Origin: Candidatus Sulfobium sp.
GTDB lineage: Bacteria > Nitrospirota > Thermodesulfovibrionia > Thermodesulfovibrionales > UBA6898
Assembly (NCBI GenBank): GCA_037380845.1
Contig: JARRRI010000006.1
Location: 30,991-62,990 of the forward strand
DNA length: 32,000 nt
Direction of reading: 5' to 3'
A model generated the notes under the pieces. It ran no database searches, was not told the origin of the DNA, and saw only the letters and a list, made by a program, of their open reading frames with translations. Position 1 is the stretch's first letter. Every line of letters starts with the position of its first letter. A program made the position numbers and the translations under genes. Below, piece by piece: positions 8,703 to 16,879 of the stretch.

Positions 8703-8731
8703 ATTCTATGTGATTTGGCTGTATTTTAGAA
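8703..8731 (-). promoter_or_regulatory. Candidate sigma70-type promoter for the CheB/CheR gene (TTCTAA-17 nt-TAGAAT)
   Basis: On the minus strand, TTCTAA (8726-8731) and TAGAAT (8703-8708) are separated by 17 nt. The element lies about 30 nt upstream of the TTG start. This is a hexamer match only. Confidence 0.3.
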
Positions 8732-8858
8732 CGGCGGGGAGAAAATTCTGTGGTTCACTGAGGGAGCAGGAAATACTTTTTGCGTTCGCCAGGTTTTGGT
8801 GATAACGTGAAAATATAGCAGATGTATATATGAGAATGCATGTGGGAGGAAAGAGATT

Positions 8859-9158
8859 ATGGTTACAGTTGCATTATATGTCCGGCTGGAGGCCAGGCCT
8901 GGAAAAGAGGCTGAAGTTGAGAATTTCCTTAAGGGTGGATTGGCGCTTGTTCAGGAGGAACCGGACACCACTGCCTGGTTTGCGATCAGAATGGGGCAGA
9001 CCACATTCGGCATCTTCGATGCATTCCCGGGAGAAGCCGGCAGGCAGGCGCATCTTTCCGGCAGGGTTGCCGCTGCGTTGAAGGAGAAAGCGGGCGACCT
9101 CTTTGCACAGCCCCCCGTGATTGAGAAAGTGGACGTCCTTGCGGCAAAACTTCCGTGA
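8859..9158 (+). CDS. Antibiotic biosynthesis monooxygenase (ABM / ferredoxin-like fold) family protein
   Basis: 99-aa ORF with good SD GGGAGGAAA. The sequence VALYVRLEARPGKEAEVENFL...WFAIRMGQTTFGIFDAF is typical of small ABM/YgiN-like proteins. Confidence 0.8.
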   Translation: MVTVALYVRLEARPGKEAEVENFLKGGLALVQEEPDTTAWFAIRMGQTTFGIFDAFPGEAGRQAHLSGRVAAALKEKAGDLFAQPPVIEKVDVLAAKLP

Positions 9159-9235
9159 GATCGTATTCCATCTTCAAAGGTTTCATTTCGGAGTTCCTTA
9201 CCGCTTGAGGGATTAGGGTAAGGTAAGGAGGACTG

Positions 9236-10327
9236 ATGGAAGGACTGGCGCATCACCTGGGACCCCCGGTCTATACTGCGACCGTTTTAGTCGGAGCGAT
9301 AATAGCCGGTCTCATTGCCCACAAAGTATTATTCCGGGTCGCGGCCAATATATCGCGGCGAACTTCAAGTATCGTCGACGATTCCCTCGTCGGGCATCTG
9401 AGAAGGCCCGCACGGGTGATGATCCCTCTTGTAATATTTTACGTCACGCTTCAGTTCGAGCATGTCCCTTCCGATGTTCTACGGGTGATAGAAAAGATCT
9501 CGCTTGTCCTTCTGATACTGGGGGCCTCCTGGGTCCTTGTAGCGCTGACTTCGGTGCTCGAGGATTTCGTCCTGAGTAAATACAGGATTGCCGACGATGA
9601 AAATATCAGGGCGAGGAAGATTTACACCCAGTTCAAGATCATAAAAAAGATTCTCATCGTCGCCATCCTGGTGGTCGGCCTTGCCGCGGTCTTGCTGAGT
9701 TTCAAGAAATTCCGCCAGGTCGGCGCCGGCCTTCTCGCCTCGGCCGGGGTGGCGGGAATCGTTCTCGGGGTGGCGGCCCGGCCAGCCCTCTCCAACCTTC
9801 TGGCCGGAATCCAGATAGCTCTCACCGAACCGATCCGTCTGGAGGATGTTGTGGTAGTTGAAGGTGAATGGGGGAGGATCGAAGAGATAACGCTGACTTA
9901 TGTTGTCGTCAAGATATGGGACCTCCGGCGCCTGGTTGTTCCGATTGGGTATTTCCTGGATAAACCCTTTCGAAACTGGACCAGGCAGTCATCCGACCTG
10001 ATCGGATCGGTCTATCTCTACGCCGATTATACGGTCCCGGTGCCGGAGGTCCGGGAGGAACTCCACCGCATATTGCAGGAATCGTCTTACTGGAAGGGCG
10101 ACGTCTGGGCCTTGCAGGTGACGGACGCCACTGAAAAGACCATACAGTTGAGGGCAATAATGGACGCCGGGGATTCATCGAACGCCTGGTACCTCAGATG
10201 CGAAGTCAGGGAAAAACTCATTGAATTCCTTAGGGTGAAACATCCCGATGCGCTGCCGAAAGTCAGGGCGGGAATAGCGAACTTCACACAATCCCCTTCG
10301 GCTTCCGGCCGCGAACAGGGGATATGA
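9236..10327 (+). CDS. Mechanosensitive ion channel, MscS family
   Basis: Several N-terminal hydrophobic helices are followed by the MscS core LSNLLAGIQIALTEPIRLEDVVVVEGEWGRIEEITLTYVVVKIWDLRRLVVP. SD AAGGAGG precedes the ATG. Confidence 0.9.
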   Translation: MEGLAHHLGPPVYTATVLVGAIIAGLIAHKVLFRVAANISRRTSSIVDDSLVGHLRRPARVMIPLVIFYVTLQFEHVPSDVLRVIEKISLVLLILGASWVLVALTSVLEDFVLSKYRIADDENIRARKIYTQFKIIKKILIVAILVVGLAAVLLSFKKFRQVGAGLLASAGVAGIVLGVAARPALSNLLAGIQIALTEPIRLEDVVVVEGEWGRIEEITLTYVVVKIWDLRRLVVPIGYFLDKPFRNWTRQSSDLIGSVYLYADYTVPVPEVREELHRILQESSYWKGDVWALQVTDATEKTIQLRAIMDAGDSSNAWYLRCEVREKLIEFLRVKHPDALPKVRAGIANFTQSPSASGREQGI

Positions 10328-11067
10328 CCAAATTGGCAGAGGAAGGCCTCAATAATAGAAATCCGGACGGAAGCGCACCGCCGGCGGGCCGCAGGGAACA
10401 GGCGCTGGAACTTGCGGTCTTTCTTTTCCTTATCATACCCGCCATGGTGCTATCATTCTTTGTTGTGAGGGGGGCGAGCCTGAGTTTCGTTATCCTGGCA
10501 GTGGATACGGTCATGCGCGATCTCGGGCTTCTCAGTCTGGTGCTATTCTTCGTCTGGCGCAACGGGGAGCCGTTCGCCGCGGTAGGCTGCCGGCGGAAGA
10601 ACCTCCTCAAAGAGATCGGCCTGGGCATCGCACTCTTTATCCCCCTGATATATATTCTGCCGGCGCTGGAGAGCACACTGCACAAGATTGGACTAACCTC
10701 CCCCTCAAATCCGCTTTCTGCGCTCACGAGCGAAAAGGGCATTCCTGAAGTCCTGCTGGCCTCCCTGATGGTGATGGTAGTCGCAGTGGCTGAAGAGACT
10801 ATTTTCCGGGGGTATCTGATCCTCCGTCTGGAGACGGCCACGCGGAGCCGTGCGTGGGCCATAGGTCTGTCTGCCGTGATCTTTTCCCTGGGACATGGTT
10901 ACGAAGGTTCCGCGGGTATGGCGACCGTGGCTTTCCTGGGAGTAGTACTGGCGTGGGTCTACCTTTGGCGGCAGAATCTCGTCGCTGCCGTGGTAATCCA
11001 TTTTCTTCAGGATTTCAGCGGCATCGTCCTCCTCCCTCTACTGAAGCAGCTGAACCTTCTTCAATAA
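10324..11067 (+). CDS. CPBP family intramembrane glutamic endopeptidase (CAAX protease-like)
   Basis: A polytopic membrane ORF with the family motifs EETIFRG, FSLGHGY and HFLQD. Its ATG overlaps the mscS stop (ATGA). Confidence 0.85.
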   Translation: MTKLAEEGLNNRNPDGSAPPAGRREQALELAVFLFLIIPAMVLSFFVVRGASLSFVILAVDTVMRDLGLLSLVLFFVWRNGEPFAAVGCRRKNLLKEIGLGIALFIPLIYILPALESTLHKIGLTSPSNPLSALTSEKGIPEVLLASLMVMVVAVAEETIFRGYLILRLETATRSRAWAIGLSAVIFSLGHGYEGSAGMATVAFLGVVLAWVYLWRQNLVAAVVIHFLQDFSGIVLLPLLKQLNLLQ

Positions 11068-11078
11068 GGGTGCGGGGC

Positions 11079-11909
11079 ATGGTGGAACGAGCGCCAGGCG
11101 AAAAATTCCCACTGCCCTTAACCATCTTCATATCGGAACTGGCAGGCACCGGTCTCCTTGTTGCCGTGGGGATATCGATGGTCATACTGAACTTTGGCAG
11201 AGGCAGTCCGGTCGCTCTCCTGGTCCCGGGAGAAGGCTTCCGGCGCATCATCACGGGCTTTCTCTTCGGTTCTACAGGCTGCCTTATAGCTCTTTCCCCC
11301 ATCGGCAGGGAAAGCGGGGCACACATCAACCCTGTGGTAACGCTTGCTTTCTGGTCGTTGAGAAAGATTCGGGGCGTTCATGCCTTCTGGTATGTTGTTG
11401 CGCAGCTTGCCGGAGGGATACTCGGGGCGCTGCCCCTCGTTGCGTGGGGGCGGATGGGAGAGAGCATCCACTTCGGCGCAACGGTTCCCGGCTACGGTTA
11501 CGATGTATGGGCTGCCCTGGCCGGGGAAACGGCGACCACCTTCTGTCTTGTTGCAGGCCTGTTTTCCTTTATCAGGCGAAGGAGCATCCGCCGTTTTACG
11601 CCTCTGCTTTTTCCGTTCCTATACGCCCTGATGGTTTTTCTCGAAGCCCCGGTGTCGGGAACCAGTACAAATCCTGCACGGAGCCTCGGCCCTGCGGTGG
11701 TCTCGGGACAATGGCAGGCCTGGTGGGTCTACTGGATGGGACCGGTCATCGGGAGTCTCCTTGCCGTCAGCGCCTTCAGGTTCACATGGCTACGCCACAT
11801 GGAGGTCGAAATAGCCAAGCTCTACCACTTTGAACATGACCCCCACGGCGTCTTCGGCGTGAGGGCCGGATCTCATGATAAAGGCGGCCGCGACAGTTCA
11901 AAAAATTGA
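11079..11909 (+). CDS. MIP/aquaporin family channel
   Basis: Two half-site motifs are present, HINPVVTLAF (NPV) and STNPARSLGP (NPA), in a six-helix hydrophobic pattern. I chose the ATG at 11079, just after the CPBP stop, rather than the 10854 ORF start, which would overlap CPBP. Confidence 0.88.
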   Translation: MVERAPGEKFPLPLTIFISELAGTGLLVAVGISMVILNFGRGSPVALLVPGEGFRRIITGFLFGSTGCLIALSPIGRESGAHINPVVTLAFWSLRKIRGVHAFWYVVAQLAGGILGALPLVAWGRMGESIHFGATVPGYGYDVWAALAGETATTFCLVAGLFSFIRRRSIRRFTPLLFPFLYALMVFLEAPVSGTSTNPARSLGPAVVSGQWQAWWVYWMGPVIGSLLAVSAFRFTWLRHMEVEIAKLYHFEHDPHGVFGVRAGSHDKGGRDSSKN

Positions 11910-11969
11910 TATCCGAATTTTCCACAAGGCAAAGTTCCCATAACAACCGAGTCATGGGATAATTGATCT

Positions 11970-12665
11970 ATGGCGCAGTGGCTTGAAACAGTTTCCATTA
12001 TTTCACTTGCCGCCGGTTTTGCGAGCAGCCTGATAATTATTCTGGACATCGCAGCCGGGCACCGGCAGTACATGAAGATCATGAATATTGTCTGGCCGGT
12101 TACGGCCCTTTACTCCGGGCCCCTTGGGTTATGGGCTTATTACAAAATGGGCCGTCTCTCCACAAGCCGGAGGGTGCGTAAGGCAAAAGCACACGGCGAG
12201 GTCCCTCCAGGCAAGAGAAAGCCTTTCTGGCAGAGCGTTATGGCAGGCGCCACTCACTGCGGCAGCGGGTGCACACTGGGAGACATCGTCGCCGAATGGT
12301 TTGTCTTCTTCGTGCCCCTGACTTTGTTCGGAGAGAGGGTTTTTGCCGCATGGGCCATCGATTACGTTCTGGCGTTCCTGTTCGGCATAGCCTTTCAGTA
12401 TTTCACCATTAGACCTGCCCGCAAGCTATCCCCGAGAGCTGGGCTCGTGGCGGCGGTAAAGGCGGATACACTTTCGCTGACGGCGTGGCAGGTCGGCATG
12501 TACGGCTGGATGGCAGTAGCGATTTTTGTTATTTTTGGCCGCGATATCCCGAAGACGAACCCGGTATTCTGGTTTATGATGCAGCTGGCGATGCTGGCGG
12601 GGTTGCTGACGAGTTATCCGGTGAACTGGCTTCTGCTGCGAAAGGGAATCAAGGAAGCTATGTGA
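11970..12665 (+). CDS. DUF4396-like integral membrane protein
   Basis: 231-aa hydrophobic ORF with the motif ATHCGSGCTLGDI, which I recall as characteristic of DUF4396. The family assignment is from memory and has not been searched. Confidence 0.7.
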   Translation: MAQWLETVSIISLAAGFASSLIIILDIAAGHRQYMKIMNIVWPVTALYSGPLGLWAYYKMGRLSTSRRVRKAKAHGEVPPGKRKPFWQSVMAGATHCGSGCTLGDIVAEWFVFFVPLTLFGERVFAAWAIDYVLAFLFGIAFQYFTIRPARKLSPRAGLVAAVKADTLSLTAWQVGMYGWMAVAIFVIFGRDIPKTNPVFWFMMQLAMLAGLLTSYPVNWLLLRKGIKEAM

Positions 12666-12803
12666 ACCATCCTGTATTCTTTCCCTGTTCCTGTCGACAA
12701 GTCCCGTCAGAGAGTGCAATGAAAAACCGCCATTCTGTATAATAGAGAAAAGTCGAAAAAAAGAATTTACCCGGGACGCATTCTCCGGGGAAGATGGAAA
12801 GAG

Positions 12804-13586
12804 ATGATAAGAAATACGTTCTGCATACTTGACGGCATAGGAGAGAAGCTGGAAAGACGACTCTGGAGGGAGGGAATTCTCACCTGGGCGGACTTCACGG
12901 ACGCAGGTGAGGTCCTCGGCTTCAGCAGGGAGCGGAAGAAGGCCTTCGACGAGCGGCTCGGATGCGACCGGTGCGAGCTCGATGCGGGCAATGCCCGGTA
13001 CTTTTCCTCACGTATGAAGAGGAGGGAACACTGGCGTCTATTCGATACTTTCAAGGACCATGCTGTCTGCCTGGACATAGAGACGAACGGATACCAACCC
13101 GGCGCCGGAGGGTACGTCACCGTAGTGGGACTCTATGACGGTTTCGACTACAAGTGCCTCGTCAGGGGAGAGAACCTCAGTGCCGAAAACCTGAACAATG
13201 AACTGTCGAGGTACAAATGCCTCGTCACTTTTTACGGTGCGGCGTTTGATGTACCCTTTATGTTGAGGTCCTTCAACGGGCTCAAATTCGACATCCCCCA
13301 TTTCGACCTTTGCTTTGCGGCGAAGAGGCTGGGCATCAAAGGCGGGCTCAAACGGCTCGAACAGGATTTCGGGATTGAACGGGACGAGGCCGTACGCGGA
13401 CTGGACGGGTACGATGCAGTCAAGCTGTGGGAGCTTGCACGCCGTGGATCATACGAAGCCCGCGAGACACTCATAAAGTACAACCGGGAAGACACTGTAA
13501 ACCTTATGGGGATGGCGCCTGTCTTCTACGAGAAACTGAAGCAGTCGACCGGCATAGAGGAATACCTTACTTGTGGAGTCGCTTGA
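12804..13586 (+). CDS. RNase H-like / PolB-exonuclease-like domain protein (YprB, COG3359 type)
   Basis: Acidic exonuclease-like motifs are present: VCLDIETNG, LVTFYGAAFDVPFM and YNREDTVNL. The N-terminal helix-hairpin-like ILDGIGEKLERRLWREGI matches this family's layout. Confidence 0.75.
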   Translation: MIRNTFCILDGIGEKLERRLWREGILTWADFTDAGEVLGFSRERKKAFDERLGCDRCELDAGNARYFSSRMKRREHWRLFDTFKDHAVCLDIETNGYQPGAGGYVTVVGLYDGFDYKCLVRGENLSAENLNNELSRYKCLVTFYGAAFDVPFMLRSFNGLKFDIPHFDLCFAAKRLGIKGGLKRLEQDFGIERDEAVRGLDGYDAVKLWELARRGSYEARETLIKYNREDTVNLMGMAPVFYEKLKQSTGIEEYLTCGVA

Positions 13587-14445
13587 CGCCTTTCTCACAT
13601 ATCTGTCAGTAGAAAAGGGCCTCGCCGGGAATACCCTCGAGTCATACTCTTCAGACCTGAAAAAATTTAGCGGCTTCCTGAAAAAAAGGAAGCGGGGCCT
13701 TGAGTCGGCTTCCGCAACGGACATTGCGGATTTCCTCGAGACGCTGGTCGACGGGGGATATTCGATCTCCAGTATAGGCAGGTATTTGTCATCCATGAGG
13801 GCCCTTTACAGGTACATGCTCGTAGAGGACATCATTGCAGAGGACCCCTCTGAAAACATCCAGAGCCCGAGGAAATGGGAAAGACTTCCGAAGGCGCTGA
13901 GCATCTCCGATGTGATGGAGCTGCTGGCGGCCGAGCCGGAAGGCGGAACGGCGCTCAGGGATTCGGCCATGCTGGAGCTGATGTATTCTTCCGGACTGAG
14001 AGTGAGCGAGCTTACCTCCATAAAGCTGGGCGATATCCATTTCGATGCGGGGTTTATAAGAGTCATGGGTAAAGGCTCGAAAGAGCGTGTGGTCCCGGTC
14101 AATGCCAGGGCCCTTGAGAAGGTAAAAAGGTATATGAGCGGGGAGCGGCCGTCGATACTCGGCAAGAGGCGGTCGGTTTACCTCTTCGTTACGAAGAGGG
14201 GCGGACCGATGACCAGGCAGAGGTTCTGGCAGACACTCAAGTCGATAGGCAGGAAGGCAGGGATTGAGCTCTCTCCTCACACATTAAGACACTGTTTCGC
14301 TACCCATCTGCTCGAAGGCGGGGCAGACCTCAGGTCCGTACAGAAGATGCTCGGCCATTCCGACATTTCCACAACACAGGTCTACACAAAAGTCACCACC
14401 GACAGGATCAAGAAGGTTTTCAAGAAATACCATCCGAGGGCCTGA
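13573..14445 (+). CDS. xerD: Site-specific tyrosine recombinase XerD
   Basis: The N-terminal core-binding motif is FLTYLSVEKGLAGNTLESYSSDLKKF. The catalytic region is HTLRHCFATHLLEGGADLRSVQKMLGHSDISTTQVYT. The GTG start overlaps the upstream gene by 14 nt. Confidence 0.9.
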   Translation: MESLDAFLTYLSVEKGLAGNTLESYSSDLKKFSGFLKKRKRGLESASATDIADFLETLVDGGYSISSIGRYLSSMRALYRYMLVEDIIAEDPSENIQSPRKWERLPKALSISDVMELLAAEPEGGTALRDSAMLELMYSSGLRVSELTSIKLGDIHFDAGFIRVMGKGSKERVVPVNARALEKVKRYMSGERPSILGKRRSVYLFVTKRGGPMTRQRFWQTLKSIGRKAGIELSPHTLRHCFATHLLEGGADLRSVQKMLGHSDISTTQVYTKVTTDRIKKVFKKYHPRA

Positions 14446-14449
14446 AATT

Positions 14450-14530
14450 CAGTGTCAGTGAATAGTCTCAATGAAGGGATAAAAAGCTATCCGACCGCCT
14501 GACACTGATCACTGTCGCTGGCACTGACAC
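14450..14530. repeat. Short copy of a GTGTCAG/CTGACAC-heptamer inverted-repeat element
   Basis: The left arm is CAGTGTCAGTGAATAGT (14450-14466). The right arm is CTGACACTGATCACTGTCGCTGGCACTGACAC (14499-14530). The right arm matches the right arm at 16985-17010 apart from a short inserted tract of 5-6 nt (placement ambiguous) that contains TCGC. Confidence 0.6.
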
Positions 14531-14542
14531 CTTTACGGCCTG

Positions 14543-14571
14543 GTGAAAGTCGTCTTTTTCTGTGATAGAAT
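14543..14571 (+). promoter_or_regulatory. Candidate sigma70 promoter with extended -10 (GTGAAA-17 nt-TGaTAGAAT)
   Basis: GTGAAA lies at 14543-14548, TG at 14563-14564 and TAGAAT at 14566-14571. The element is about 60 nt upstream of the ATG at 14634. This is a hexamer match only. Confidence 0.35.
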
Positions 14572-14633
14572 TTGAATCAGATATGGAGAAGAGACAGTGA
14601 GAGTTGGACCAACAAGCCTTTAGGGGGACAGGC

Positions 14634-15740
14634 ATGGGCGGGATTAACGAGGAAGATAAGGGCAGGGGAAAAGGAACAAAGACCGTACCGGTCACAGATG
14701 CGGTTGGTACGGTCCTTGCTCATGATATTACCGAGATAAGGAAGGACGAGTTCAAGGGGCGGGCCTTCAGAAAGGGACATGTGGTCAGGCAAGAGGACGT
14801 CTGTCACCTCCAGAGGCTCGGCAAGGAGCATCTCTTCGTCCTGAAGATAGCAGAGGACGAGATTCATGAAGACGAGGCGGCATTTGCTCTTGCGAAGGCC
14901 CTCGCCGGAGAAGGGGTGGAGATAAGGGATAAACCAAAGGAAGGCAAGCTGACGCTACTGGCTGCCAGGGACGGGCTCCTGAGAATAAACAGGAAGGCGC
15001 TCCTCGAATTTAATCTCCTCGGCGATGTTATGTGCGCGACGGCCCACGATGCGACGATTGTCAGGAAGGGGCAGGCCGTTGCCGGAACCAGGGCCATCCC
15101 TCTGGTTGTAAAACGCGATGTGATAAGCCGGGCAACTGCTATCGGGCGTGAGGCCGGCAGGGTGATCCACGTAAAGGAAATCAGAAAGCCCCGGGCAGGC
15201 GTTGTGATCACCGGCAATGAAGTCTATTCCGGAAGAATAAGGGATTGCTTTGCGCCGGTTATCACGGAAAAGGTGGAGTCGTTCGGCGGGGAGATAGTGG
15301 GGCTCCATTATGCGCCCGATGACGAGCCGTTTATAGAAGAAAAACTCAGGGAATTGATAGAAGCGGGAGCCGACCTTCTTGTCACGACCGGTGGAATGTC
15401 GGTTGACCCCGACGATGTTACAAGATTTGCCATAAGTAGACTCGGGGCGTCGGAGATTACCTATGGCTCGGCGGTCCTGCCCGGAGCGATGGTCCTTGTG
15501 GCCTATATAGAGAGAAGGCCTTCAGTCCCGGGTATGCCGGGTCCCCGGGATATGATCCCGGTGATCGGCATTCCGGCCTGCGGAATGTACAGCAAGATGA
15601 CGGTCTTCGACCTGGTTTTTCCCAGGATACTCGCCGGCGAACGAATAGGCAGGAAGGAGCTGGCAGAACTGGGACACGGGGGGCTTTGTCTGAAGTGCGA
15701 GGTCTGCCGATATCCGGTCTGCCCATTCGGTAAATACTGA
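14634..15740 (+). CDS. Molybdopterin-binding protein (MoeA-like N-terminal region plus MoCF-biosynthesis domain) with a C-terminal CxxCxxCxxxxC motif
   Basis: The MoCF-type domain reads AGVVITGNEVYSGRIRDCFAPVI...ADLLVTTGGMSVDPDDVT. The C-terminus is GGLCLKCEVCRYPVCPFGKY. I preferred the ATG at 14634, which has GGGGGA 5 nt upstream, over the TTG at 14604. Confidence 0.7.
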   Translation: MGGINEEDKGRGKGTKTVPVTDAVGTVLAHDITEIRKDEFKGRAFRKGHVVRQEDVCHLQRLGKEHLFVLKIAEDEIHEDEAAFALAKALAGEGVEIRDKPKEGKLTLLAARDGLLRINRKALLEFNLLGDVMCATAHDATIVRKGQAVAGTRAIPLVVKRDVISRATAIGREAGRVIHVKEIRKPRAGVVITGNEVYSGRIRDCFAPVITEKVESFGGEIVGLHYAPDDEPFIEEKLRELIEAGADLLVTTGGMSVDPDDVTRFAISRLGASEITYGSAVLPGAMVLVAYIERRPSVPGMPGPRDMIPVIGIPACGMYSKMTVFDLVFPRILAGERIGRKELAELGHGGLCLKCEVCRYPVCPFGKY

Positions 15741-16015
15741 AATCAGGTGGAATGATTTTAGACTGGTGATAGCCTGAAGTCTCACTGTTCAACTCCTTTG
15801 CAGTTGGCGCAAGCCCCTTGTTCTGCTTCCGGATTTCACTGCTTTTTCGGGCCTTCCTAGCATCACTTATGCCCTTATAAATTAATACAATCGGCTAAAC
15901 CCTTTATTTTATATTGAAAATATGTTATTTTTTCTAACTTTATTTGTTTTAGCCGGAAAGCCTGCAGGAGTTTCCGCTTTCATCTAAATTTGTCATGAGA
16001 AAGGAGCCCCCGGGG

Positions 16016-16873
16016 ATGCTGATAATAGGCGAGAAATTGAGCATCATAGCGAAGAGAGTAAGAGAAGCGATGATGAAGAAGGACAAAGGACCGATCCAGG
16101 AGATAGCCACACGGCAGTGGAAAGAAGGTTCCGGCATAATCGACGCCAATATCGGACCAGCGGAAGACGGCGGAGAGGATCTGATGCAGTGGATGGTGAC
16201 GGCGATACAGGAAGTCGTCCCCCTTCCCGTCTGTCTGGACACAACGAACGCAAGCGCAATCGAGGCGGGACTTAAGGTCCATAACAACGAGTGGGGGCGG
16301 CCCTTGATAAACTCGACTTCAAACGATCCCGAGAGGTTTCCGATTCTCGAACTTGGAGCAAAATATAACGCTCAGGTTATCGGTCTCACAGTCGGGAAGG
16401 GCGGGCTTCCCGCAGATGCGGAGGAAAGGTGCGGAATAGCGGCGGAGATAATGGCCAGGGCGATGGAATACGGGGTGCCCCTGGAAGACCTTTATCTGGA
16501 TCCCCTCGTTCTGCAGATAGCAACTACACAGGACCAGGCAGCGAAGGTCATCGATGCGGTGCGGATGTTCCAGGAGATGAACGAACCGCCGATGAAGACC
16601 GTTGTCGGACTGAGCAATATTTCCAACGGCTGCCCCAAGCACGTAAGGCCTGTTCTTAACAAATATTACTTCCTGATGCTCCTGAACGCAGGCCTGACAG
16701 CGGCAATCGCCGACGCCCGGGAAATGGCGGAAGCCATGGAAGAGAAGAAGCTGTTCGACGATGTCGCGGCCGGAAAAGATATCGCAGACGCCGGGAAGAT
16801 GAAAGAAATAAGGAAGACGATAGATGTGATCATGGGCAATACGCTTTATGCCCATTCATATCTGGAAATGTGA
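16016..16873 (+). CDS. acsE: Methyltetrahydrofolate:corrinoid/iron-sulfur protein Co-methyltransferase
   Basis: The translation MLIIGEKL...DANIGPA...VPLPVCLDTTNASAIEAGLK...LINSTS...LYLDPLVLQIATTQD...VVGLSNISNG aligns colinearly, from memory, with Moorella AcsE (pterin-binding TIM barrel). GGAG lies 9 nt upstream of this ATG. Confidence 0.93.
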   Translation: MLIIGEKLSIIAKRVREAMMKKDKGPIQEIATRQWKEGSGIIDANIGPAEDGGEDLMQWMVTAIQEVVPLPVCLDTTNASAIEAGLKVHNNEWGRPLINSTSNDPERFPILELGAKYNAQVIGLTVGKGGLPADAEERCGIAAEIMARAMEYGVPLEDLYLDPLVLQIATTQDQAAKVIDAVRMFQEMNEPPMKTVVGLSNISNGCPKHVRPVLNKYYFLMLLNAGLTAAIADAREMAEAMEEKKLFDDVAAGKDIADAGKMKEIRKTIDVIMGNTLYAHSYLEM

Positions 16874-16879
16874 GAAAAA

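Noticed and set aside
10854-11078. 5' extension of the aquaporin ORF, as in the track's 351-aa version
   Set aside because: The extension overlaps the 3' third of the CPBP gene in another frame and encodes R/G/P-rich non-membrane sequence. The ATG at 11079, just after the CPBP stop, gives a normal MIP-length protein.
14446-14633. Possible Moco riboswitch upstream of the molybdopterin-binding protein gene
   Set aside because: I could not recognise the conserved Moco-motif sequence or stem pattern. The region is better explained by the heptamer repeat element plus a promoter-like sequence. A covariance-model scan would be needed to revisit this.
15814-15832. Sigma54-like TGGCGC...CTTG sequence upstream of acsE
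   Set aside because: The spacing between the GG and the TTG/GC elements is 2 nt too long relative to the TGGCAC-n5-TTGC consensus, and the -12 element is poor.
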